Origin: Monocercomonoides exilis PA203
Taxonomy: Eukaryota; Protista; Preaxostyla
NCBI GenBank assembly: GCA_001643675.2
Contig: LSRY02000004.1
Coordinates: 2,170,001 to 2,234,000, forward strand
Reading direction: 5' to 3'
DNA: 64,000 bases
Part shown: in pieces, positions 51,218-61,197 of the stretch
Numbering within the stretch: the stretch's first letter is position 1
How the letters are laid out: each line of letters opens with the position of its first letter
The notes under the pieces: model-generated
The model's input: the letters and a program-made list of their open reading frames with translations, nothing else
Told to the model about the DNA's origin: nothing
Database searches by the model: none
Program-made: the position numbers and the translations under genes

Positions 51218-52238
51218 TCAACATGAGCAGCTGTCTTCATTTTGCTTTTTTATCCTTTCATCTCTCCTCCGCCTTCTTTCATCGTCGTCCTCATCATCAT
51301 CTTCGTCTTCATCATCATCTGATCCCTTTCCAATAACAACTACACTATCGCTCTTATCACCTCTTAATCTCATTTCTCCTCCTTTAACTCTCTTTACGAT
51401 CATGTTTGTAAGAGTGAGAAATACAGAATCCACATTTAGACCTGTTTTGGCTGAAGTCTCAAAATAAGTCATTCGATTCTCAATGGCAAACGCTTGTGCT
51501 TCTCCAAAGGACACTTGCCTGTTTGCTTGAAGATCAAGTTTGTTGCCAACAAGCGCACATACAGTTCCAACATCTGTTAGGTTTTCTATGTCAGTTAGCC
51601 AAACTCCAAGATTTTCAAAAGTAGTGTGCCTTTAAAAAGTATCAAATTAATGTTTGATATAATAATTGCTCCATTTAAATTTTGCAAACTGTGTGATATC
51701 AAAAACTAAAACTACAGCCGCACTGCCTCGATAATATGACTTCGTAACGGCACTTTCGTTCATAAAGATTTTAAAGAATAATTAATGTTAAGAAAATCTA
51801 AATATTTAATTAAAAACAAAAACCGAAATCTCTCTTGGCCAGCTGTATCCTAATTATCATTCATTTAAAAAAATATTAGTTCTCTTTCATATAAAATAAT
51901 CATTCACTAAATGCAAACTGCAATGTGAAGGACAACATTTGTATTTTCAACAATTATAGCTTTATTGGTAACATCGACTGTAAGCGTTGGTGGTGCTTTA
52001 GAATAAACTATATTTTATATAATGAATTAAAAGATTTTGTTTAAACTTGAAATCAATAAACATTAAATGCACACATCGTTGTTCTGTAAATCTTCTCATT
52101 AATGCTGTTTTTCCACAGCTTTGCTCACCTAAAAAATAAAAAGCATATTGTTTTCAATCAAACTAAACTGATTTTTTCTTATAATAACTCACCTATAACT
52201 ATAAATTTGAGGTGGATAGCTCCGTCTGGGTACGCCAT
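51218..52238 (-). CDS. Divergent Rab-family small GTPase (6 exons)
   Basis: Spliced translation gives GEQSCGKT, DTAGQERFRAVTKSYYRG, VGNKLDL, FETSAKTG and a C-terminal CSC prenylation motif. Confidence 0.92.
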
Positions 52239-52296
52239 CTTAGTATGGTACTACCCTTAACTTTGTTTTCAAAAATATAAAGAGAAAAAAAGAAAA

Positions 52297-53632
52297 ATGC
52301 CAGCATCTTTAAATAAAAAATATTTTTGGAAATGGTTTGGGAAAATAAGAAGTTTATGGTGGTCAGGAGTCAAAGATTCTTTGAACCTAAAGAAGTTTAT
52401 TGGGCTATGTCTTCGAGGAAAACAATTTTTTGCTGTTTTAATAATATCACTATTGTCAATGCTTACAATATTTGGGTCAATCGCAAAACATATCAACAAC
52501 GCATATAATCCAAAAAATTATTTTGTTGATTATGGAGAAGGTTTTCCAAATTTGAAGTATTTTTATTTTTATTTGATTTTTCCTTTTACTGTTCAAATTT
52601 TTACCATAATGCATAAGGGATATATAAACATTTTTCTTTTCTATCGCCCTCAATAGTTTATTTACTGTTTATTGCAATTCCTTATGTGGTTGTTTTGGCA
52701 TTAACTTCATCTGTTTTGTGTAAGAAACTTTCTTCTATCCTTCGAAAGGAATCACCTATTCTTTGTAATGTTCCTTCATACATTCCACAATACACTCGCC
52801 TTCACACTACCAAAGGCAATAATTCAATTATGAAGTTGTATTATATGTTCGTTGATATTGGCATGATTCTTGCTCCAACAATTGCAATTATATTTCAAAA
52901 TATTTTGATTGGAAGCATTCCTTATATTGGATTTATTGTTTCAATACCCCTTCAGTGTATTTATTCGGCTTTTATTTGTTTTTCAAATAATTGGAAACTT
53001 GTAGGAAACGAGGGAATGAAGAATATTAGATTGCCTTGTTCAATGGACGTGATGGATATGTTCGTATTTTGCGAAAAAAATTGGGGATACTTCATGGGGT
53101 TTGGAACTGTTCAAACGTTTCTGACATTGCTTTTTTCAAAGTTGGTTACCGGAGAATTTGGAAATATGTTGGCTTCTCATTTATTTGGGAAGACTCTGTG
53201 CTTCATTTGGGTAGCTCTTGCTTTTCTTGTAACAGAAAAGGCTGAACTTATTACTCTTCCTCAACGCTATCGAAAAGTTACTGGTTCGAATGATGAGTCT
53301 CGAAGAGGATTAGCAGAAAGGAGTGATTTATTCAAGATTTCTGAAGGGGAAATAGATGGTATGTTGGAAAAGATTTCTTGGAGATGATTATTTTCATAAT
53401 TTTGTATTGCTTCATAATTTCTTATTTATAAAGTGTTTCAAATGCTTTTATTATAATTGATTTTTTCTTTGCTTTTTCTTTTTTTGTTTCGATATTGTTT
53501 GTTTATGATAATTTAGATTGGCCGATTCATAGAGATGGTTTTGTTGGCCACAATCTTCCTGTGTCTTTTATTCCACGCATCATTGTTGTTATTGGAGAGT
53601 TTTTCTTCGACAAGCGTCCAAAATTGCAATAA
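52297..53632 (+). CDS. EI24 (etoposide-induced 2.4)-like multi-pass membrane protein, multi-exon
   Basis: CIYSAFICFSNNW and FCEKNWGYFMGFG match the EI24 family core. The last exon (~53518-53632) joins in frame from a donor at ~53359. Confidence 0.7.
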
Positions 53633-54094
53633 TGCACCCATCTGTTGACTTTTCAATAAATGATTTCTATTACTCCTTCGAATTACTGTTTTCTGGGTAT
53701 TTTCTTACTTAATATTTAGTTTGTTGTTATTCTAAATTTTTTCAGGAATGACTGTCAAACTTTCAAATATTTATAATATATATTTAATGCTCTGTTATCT
53801 AGCAAGAAAACAGTTATATCAAAAATAAATCTTTACATTTAAAAGTTACAGAGGACAATTTAAAAATAATTATAAATGTGAATATGTGTTATAATCACAA
53901 AGATCACTTAGAAGAAATTTAATAAAGATAAAAGTTAAACAGTTAAAAGAGACATGTAAAAAATAAATCACAAAATCTTCCATATGTATGAAAAGCTATA
54001 AAAAACCTCTGTATGAACGATAACATAAATTTTTCGTTCATTAAAAAAAGAAAGAAATATTCCTGCATCACAAAACTGTTCGGTGTAGGTAATT

Positions 54095-54709
54095 TTATTT
54101 TGAAACTGAATTCGGAGGTTCAGCCATTACATTATCTGCACTCATTTGTGTTGGTGGAGAATATCCTGGAACTTGATATGCTCCTTGAGTTGCAATTCCA
54201 GGTTGTCCCATTTGCACTACAACTTGAGGTTGAACATTTGACTGAGCAACCATTTTTGACCTTACAGCATTCATTATCTCTCCATTTTTATCATCAATCA
54301 TTCCACTTAAAAGGCAAAGATCAATCCACTGTCCAATACCACAAAATCCTCCCGTTAAGCAATAAAGTACTCCCATTACCATATCTCCGAGATAAATTCG
54401 CTGCATTCCTGAAAAACCAAAACATGCAGCAAACCATGCAAGATAAGCCATTGTCGACTCAAATTGCCCTTTTCCCCAAGCGGGAACACCTCCAGAAACT
54501 GTATGTGCAATGGAATCAGACCATTGGATACCTTCATACGTTCGTGGATCAAAAAGATTTGGACCAATTTGCGGCATTGGCTGAAATCCAGGAGCAGCCA
54601 TCATTGGTTGTGCTGGTGAATATACTACTTGTCCTTGAGGAACGTAAGGTTGACCGTATGGCATTTGGCCATAAGGAGCCATTTGACCTTGAGTCATAGG
54701 TTGTGTCAT
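54095..54709 (-). CDS. TM2 domain-containing protein with Gln/Pro/Met-rich N-terminus
   Basis: STMAYLAWFAACFGFSGMQRIYLG...GVLYCLTGGFCGIGQWIDLCL fits the TM2 consensus; likely ATG at 54709. Confidence 0.85.
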   Translation of the reverse strand: MTQPMTQGQMAPYGQMPYGQPYVPQGQVVYSPAQPMMAAPGFQPMPQIGPNLFDPRTYEGIQWSDSIAHTVSGGVPAWGKGQFESTMAYLAWFAACFGFSGMQRIYLGDMVMGVLYCLTGGFCGIGQWIDLCLLSGMIDDKNGEIMNAVRSKMVAQSNVQPQVVVQMGQPGIATQGAYQVPGYSPPTQMSADNVMAEPPNSVSK

Positions 54710-55104
54710 GCAATCTATTATTTGTATTAAATAATGTGTTTGATCAATTTTGAAGAAAGTTGAGGAAAAAAAGAAATGAATGTGCGATGTTATAAAATGT
54801 TCTTTTATAACTTCTATGAACTTAAAATGATGTTGCTGTGGAATATTTACGCAACAATCAGTCAAACAAATGATGAACTTTTCAAAAACAATTATTTCAA
54901 AAATGGAGGTTTATTGACATGAATTATAAAACTGTCGGAAAATATATATATTTAAGGCATTATTTGAATTTTAATAAAATATCTGCAACACATGAATGGG
55001 ACGAATCTTTTTTAAGATTTCTTGAAATGAAGATTTTAATTTTAATATTTTTAGAAACTTGAAAATAGAAAAAAATAAATTCAGACATAAATTTCAGATG
55101 AACT

Positions 55105-55105
<1 letters not shown>

Positions 55106-55149
<44 letters not shown>
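55106..55149. repeat. Poly(T) tract
   Basis: Run of ~44 T. Confidence 0.95.
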
Positions 55150-55851
55150 CTTTTTGCTTTTTCGAACATTGATCCATTCAAATTTTTTCTTTCTTTATTT
55201 TTTCTCTTTTTAAAAAAAAATTTTTTTTGTTTTTTGATTGAAAATCAAAGATAAAAGATGATATGTCATCAGAAAATGAATGGAACTAATTTTTTTAATA
55301 ATTTTTTTATGCAGGAATTTGGTCCTAAATGATCAAGCTTTTGTTCCTGAAGCATGTTCCATCAATCTGTTTCATTCATTCAAAATAATGTTTATTTTTA
55401 TTGTTATGTTCGATTAATATTCTCCTTTCTTTTCTTTTTATTTTTTTTTTCTTTTCTTTTCTTTTCTTTTCTTTTTCTTTTTCTTTTTCTTTTCTTTTTT
55501 TTTTTTACTTTTTTTTTTTTTTTTTCGATATTTTTTTTTACATCACCATTAACAAAACAAAGACAAACAAAAAGTTCTTATATATTGTTGTATTTCAAAT
55601 GGAAAAAACGAAAACGTTTTTTTTATATGTTCTGAAAAATGAAGAATGTTCAAAACATTATTATTTCCATGTGGATGAATATTTCTGATATCTAAACATT
55701 TTTTGGAGCACAGTCCAAATCGTTAATAATAACATCGGTTTTTGCACAATTTTTTGTGACAATGTCCGATTTTGATAATATACGATGCCACTTTTCACAG
55801 AAAAAGACAAAAAATTACTAATTAACAGATATCGCAAAAAATACCGGGCAT

Positions 55852-56195
55852 CACACAAAATACCGGACAAGATCGATTTCTCAATGACCGCAAGAGGATT
55901 TATTCTGACATTTTCCCTCAAAATACATCTCATCAATACTAACTCAATTGATAAACGAGACTTTCAAAATAGCCTCATTTGTGCTCAGAAAAAACAATTT
56001 TGAAAATATCGGAAAAATTCAAAATTCAGTTTCTCCGAAATTTTCAAAATTATTTTTTCTGAGCACAAATGAGGCTATTTTGAAAGTCTTGTATATCACG
56101 TGAGTTCGCATTGATGAGATATATTTTGAGGAAAATTGTCAGAATTATTCCTCTTGCAGTTATTGAGAAATCGATCTTGTCCTGTATTTTGTGCG
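55852..56195. repeat. Long imperfect inverted repeat / foldback (arms ~165 bp), MITE-like
   Basis: ggacaagatcgatttctcaat...gactttcaaaatagcctcatttgtgctcagaaaaaa is mirrored by ttttttctgagcacaaatgaggctattttgaaagtc...attgagaaatcgatcttgtcc. Confidence 0.92.
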
Positions 56196-56522
56196 CAAAA
56201 TTGATTCACATTTTCCATATGAAACACTCCTCAGAAAATCAACGAAAAAAGGAAAAAAATTGTTTTTGCACAGAAAAATGTGACTTTGCTCGAAAATTGC
56301 AATATGAAACGTACTGAAATTCAGTTTTTATAGTTTAGAGTTTATGATAAAGGCATTATAGAAAAAAAAAACAATTTTAGGTCTATTCGTCCGGTTTGAA
56401 ATTTGTCAGGTTTTTTTTGAAAATGTGTGCTATCAGTTATTCCTTTTTCAAAGAATAAACATGCTCCAAAAAGTCTCGCTCATGCAAATAGCATTAGCAA
56501 ATAATTCGAAAAGAACAACCTC

Positions 56523-56582
56523 ATCTACAACACCTCTTGTTATGGGAGTAGACCCTTGTAATAACGGGGCTAGTCGATCAAA
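56523..56582. repeat. DIRS inverted terminal repeat (element 3' side)
   Basis: Exact reverse complement of 61039..61098 (60 bp). Confidence 0.95.
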
Positions 56583-56767
56583 GAAATGAAATAAAAAGGC
56601 AAGATGATATGAGAAATGTGCTGTGTGATAAACAAAACCACTGAGGCGTTGCAAAAAACGAATGTTAATAATGGTGAAAATGAAAAATCATCTTTTATGA
56701 TAAGGAAAATAATAATAATGATAATAATAAAGAGAAAAGGGTGGGAAAAGTTCACTTTGAGGTGGGA

Positions 56768-56871
56768 AAGAGGTGTTGTAGATTAGGTTGTTCTTTTCGA
56801 ATTAAAAGGCGCAAGCCTATTAATTCTAAAGAACGACCGGTTAATCTACAACACCTCTTGTAATGGGAGTA
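56768..56871. repeat. DIRS internal complementary region (ICR)
   Basis: First half is complementary to the left end (56503-56538), second half to the right end (~61071-61142); they join at AATT (56800-56803). Confidence 0.93.
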
Positions 56872-56874
56872 ACG

Positions 56875-59148
56875 TTAATTGGGCTTCGTCACTCCATCAC
56901 TCATAAAAGTAATTTCCTTTGATCTTACAGTTTCACTCTCTCTTATTGTAACCGTTGCCTCTATTTTTCCAATCTTTTCCTCTCGCTGTTGATCAATTGC
57001 ATTTGCAGCCAGTTCATTTTGAGTATCTGCTGTTGTGGCGATTGCATGAGAAGGGGATACAGGGAGCAAACAGTCCGCCTGACCAGTTGTGTTAAGTGTT
57101 ATGCTGGGCATTTCACCAGGCTGGCTTGTCAAAGGCGGTTGTGGGATAAACGCCAAGTGACCTCTCATTTCTGATGATAAGGACCTTGGAGGCTGAGGGA
57201 CAAGTGCCTGTTGGAACATTTGCATTGGGTTGAGGGACAACTGAGGGGAGAAGGCTTCTGGGAAAGGTCTAGCCAATATTTGCTGCATTCCGGATGATAT
57301 ATTGGACTTGAAATATGATCGTGAAGGTGTATGTGCTGAAGGCGACAACCTTGCGTGATGCGCGATAAGCACCTCTGGCACCCCCTTTAAGGAGTAAGCT
57401 GAAATGGAAGCAGCTTTTAATGTGTACGGTCTGAATTCCGCAGGAATCCCAACCTGGTCCATCGTCCGTCTTGCCAGCTTTCTCATTCCATTAACTGAAA
57501 GTGGGGTTTTCACCACAGTATAAAGAAGGAATGTGTCATTGTGAGGATATGTCTCTTTCACCCTCCTCCACAATTCCAAGACTGCTCAATAGGGGCAAAT
57601 TTTTTCTTGATCCGGGCGCATGACTGCGATAGTTATGAAAGATCTTTGTAATTGTGTCTTCATCTTCGTATTCAGGTAGATTGCATCCTGCGTAACAATT
57701 GAACGTTGCATGGAGATGGCTGCTAACTCAGCAAAGCGGTACGATGAAAATAACATGCATAAAACGATGCATTTTAATGTGAGGTCATAAAATGTGAGCT
57801 GCTCATTCGTTGGTTGTCTTTCATAGAAATCGAAAAATTGATTTGGCGACCACATTGAGGTATACGGTGTTCGAGGGATATGACTTCTGGCAAACGATCT
57901 GAAGATAGAGTTCACAATTGCTGCTTCTCCTAAGTCTTTATCGAACACGAGTTTTGAAATGAGTGACATAGCTGAGCGTGTTTGACTTAACACAGAATAA
58001 GAAATTCCGTTGTCCCTTAAAGAAATAAAGCTGAGGCAACAACCTTTTATCCAACTGCTCCACTCCTTCGGGCAATCTATCCCATCCGGAAAACCTGTGA
58101 ACTTGCCAAATAATGCATAGCCATAAGTGTAAACTGTCCATGTCGTCTCGCACACGCTCCCTTTCACTTCCAAGGCAATTCTATTGTCAATGTTATTTCT
58201 CTCTGCTGTTCTGCAATAAAACTGTTCACCTCTCTGTCTTACCATAACTTTGCTGCCATGTACTGTCCCGGTGGAAGCGTTGCACCCGCTTGAGTCATTC
58301 CCATTCCAGGCTTCAAACAATAATTGCTGTGATTCCAGATTATGCAACGCGTCATTAACTTGTCCAAGAGCTGATTCCACACCTGCCCTCTCCAATTCGG
58401 TAGGAGCAGAATTGCTCTCGCTTTCTCTGCTGCTATCTTCCGAAGCGTCGGAAGCAAAAGCGGAATTGGAGGATGTGCCCAAACTATCTCCTGACTCCAC
58501 TTCCATGCGAGACCGTCTTCGCATATGTGGCTTCCTGGTCCGCTCCACCTTCTTAGTTTGTGGCTTCGTCTTGAGGCGAACGCGTCGATGGTTGGTTGAA
58601 CCTTCATTTCTTGTAGAACTTCTTCCATAGCTTCGTTGTTTATTTGGTAGTCTCCCGCTCGCTCCAGGCGAGACAGAGCGTCTGCTTCTATATTGTTCAC
58701 TCCGGGAATGTAAACTGGTGTAACTACTAGCTGTTCCTTTGTCACAAGGCTGTGAATCTTCTTCTATAGACATCTCAGATTCCTTCCTGCTCCCCAACGA
58801 TTGATGTTGAAAACTGCTGACGTGTTGTCCGATCTGATCAGCAGGCGCTTCATTCTTTGTTCCCTGAGCAGTGGGCGGAAGTGCAGGAGTGATAGTAATA
58901 TTGCTAGCAACTCCCGGTAATTGGATGATTGTGTTCTGGCTGCCGCCCTGAATGATGTGTGGAAGATTAACTTTTTTCGAGCGATTTGCAGGGTTGTCCC
59001 CATTGCTGTAGGAGAAGCATCCGTTGTCAGAATTGCCTGCCATGGATGGAAGGAATTGAGTTTGCGTGGTTTGTTGAGGAGAAGACGGGTTTGCCAGTAT
59101 TGAATTTGGTCTAAAACCTTGGGACTGAGCCGGAACGATCCACCCCAC
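56875..59148 (-). pseudogene. DIRS tyrosine recombinase ORF, interrupted by an in-frame TGA at 57586
   Basis: YTSMWS, LTLKCIVLCMLFSSYRFAEL, KICPY*AV, PYTLKAASIS and RSYF; ORFs 57586..59148 and 56875..57579 share a frame. Confidence 0.85.
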
Positions 59149-60233
59149 CCCGCCTTCTTGACTGCCTTGGTTAGGGATTCGTCAAGTGTATTCATGTGCA
59201 GGGATGCATCCTGTGCTACAAACCTGATTGCACTGATTGATCCCACAAATCCCGCATAATGCCTCGTTCTCACTTGCACGTTTCTCATAGCGATCCTTGC
59301 CCATCTCTTGCACATTGCACACAAGCTCATCCTCCTCTCCTGTTCTAAGCACACACTCATCTGGTTCGTATTCCAAATCCATCCCAGATAAGTGAACACT
59401 TGCTTGGGGGCTGTCTCGCTCTTCTCTTTGTTGATGATGAAACCCAGCGTTTCGAACCACTGAGAAATCTCTTTCGTAATCCTTGAGAGTTCGTCTGCGT
59501 CTTGGTGAAGGAGGAGCACGTCGTCGAGGTACGAAACACAGCGAACGTTCCATCTCTGTCTCACTTTCTTTTCAACCTCTCGCATCACCTTTGTGAAGAT
59601 ACGTGGTGCATCTTTCATTCTGAATGGCATGCCTTCGAATGCGAAGTACTTGTCGCCGAGCTTGAATGCAAGGTACGGGATGAACGATTCGTTCACTGGA
59701 ATCTGGAAATATGCTTGCGAAATGTCTAATGATGTTGCAAAGTCTCCCTCTTGAAGAAGCTTCTCCACAGTGCGTTGGTCTTCCATCTTGAAGTGAGTGT
59801 TCTTCAACGCGGCATTCAGCGGGCGACAGTCCAAGACTTGGCGGTATTTTCCGTTCTTCTTGAGGATGAAGAATAGGTTGCTCAGACATTTGACTTCTGC
59901 TTTCTTCAGCTGCCTGAGAATTCTTGCTTGAATTCCTTCCTTTACCCACCGCGCGCATTCTTCTCGCTCTATTTCTGTGCCGATGAATCCTTTTCCTGCA
60001 GCAACTTCTTTTTCTAGTTTTTCTCTGGCTTGCTTCCCTTTCCAAATCGGCTTGATTCCGTTGGAGATTATTCTCCTCACTGGCATGTCTGTCCATGCCT
60101 GGAGGAAGAATTTCGTTCTTCCTCCTATGACACCCTCTGGTTTTCCTACTGGGAGGACTTCCTCCCGACAGAGCGGCTTCTGAATCTGCTTGTACTCTTG
60201 TTTCTCCTTCGATTCCGTCCACTTCATCGCCAT
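58239..60233 (-). pseudogene. DIRS pol: reverse transcriptase, RNase H and DNA adenine-methyltransferase-like domain, with an in-frame TAG at 58764
   Basis: RQVLDCRPLN, HFKME, SLDISQAYF, YLDD, TTDAS, RSDNTSA, YIPGVNNIEADALSR, TIDAFAS and WAHPPIP; both ORFs share a frame. Confidence 0.92.
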
Positions 60234-61024
60234 TTGTTGGGTTTTGCGTAGTTCTCCCCCCGAAAAAACCGCCTTCTCTGTGAGATTCTCCCACGCGAAC
60301 GGCCTCCGATGCTGCTCCTGTATGTGGATATCGGATGTGCTCGTTTAATAACTTCTTTTAGGTAATCTGTGAGCAAGGGATCATCCATTTCCTCTCTTAA
60401 TGCTCTCGCTGCAGCGAAACCCTGACGTCCTGCCACTCTCGTTATTCTGCTTTCCTGTAATGCTGCCGTTACCAGAGTGAGCGCATCTTCGATTTGTGTC
60501 TTTGCTTCTCCGTGTGCTGCGCCTCTCGCCAACAGATGGGCCTTAATGGTAGGGCAGAGCTTCTTTTCAATTCGCTCCCCTGCTTCATCCAGGGCATCCG
60601 ATGCCCACTTTGCTGTAAACTCGGGTTTGCGAATTGACGAAGGGATGAACGGAGCCAGGGGAATGGAATTATAGAATTCGATTGTTTCTGCCACGTCCCT
60701 CTTGTCTATTGGGATGTCAAAAATTTTATAAGATAAGACGCTGCCATAGAAATCTGCAGCCTCTCGTTCCAGGATAACTTGCATTCAATCCTCTGGGTCG
60801 CTGTCACTTTCTTCACCTTGGGATTGTGAAGACTGCAGAATCGATGAAAAAGGTTCCGGTTGAGTTATTTGCGAATTAAAACTTGGAGGAGGAAGTAAAT
60901 TTTCCTGTGACGCAGCAGAAGCACTGGAGGGGGATGGAAAGACTGCCCCACCGCTCGTTGGCCCGGCGGCCTGAATTCCAGGCATCGCTCCCGACGCGAG
61001 TCCAATTGTGCTTTGCAGGATCAT
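60224..61024 (-). pseudogene. DIRS ORF1 (gag-like) with an in-frame TGA at 60785
   Basis: Two same-frame ORFs just inside the 5' ITR; basic RG-rich C-terminus; the stop overlaps the pol ATG. Confidence 0.65.
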
Positions 61025-61038
61025 CAAATAAAAATATT

Positions 61039-61098
61039 TTTGATCGACTAGCCCCGTTATTACAAGGGTCTACTCCCATAACAAGAGGTGTTGTAGAT
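61039..61098. repeat. DIRS inverted terminal repeat (element 5' side)
   Basis: Exact reverse complement of 56523..56582. Confidence 0.95.
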
Positions 61099-61197
61099 TA
61101 ACCAATCGTTCTTTAGAATTAATAGGCTTGCACCTTTTAATTTTTATTTTCTTTGAATTTCTTATGAACCCATTAACTAGCAGGTCTAATCATATTA

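Larger units (their letters stand above)
56503..61142 (-). mobile_element. DIRS1-type tyrosine-recombinase retrotransposon, full length, with in-frame stops
   Basis: Gag-like ORF, RT-RNaseH-MT ORF, overlapping YR ORF, 60-bp inverted terminal repeats, an internal complementary region, and AATT at both ends. Confidence 0.95.

Noticed and set aside
53513-53641. Small minus-strand ORF (MGALLQFW...)
   Set aside because: Better explained as the plus-strand last exon of the EI24-like gene, which splices in frame
54013-54699. 228-aa plus-strand ORF
   Set aside because: Antisense to the TM2-domain gene
56503-56871. Recurring ATCTACAACACCTCTT motif suggesting a CRISPR-like array
   Set aside because: Copies are in mixed orientation and fully explained as DIRS ITR/ICR; no regular spacers or cas genes
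58764-58766. Genome-wide TAA/TAG-to-Gln reassignment (known in some oxymonads) as the explanation for the pol TAG
   Set aside because: Host genes here end in TAA, TAG and TGA, and ORFs of 2000-4000 codons contain no in-frame TAR, so the standard code applies
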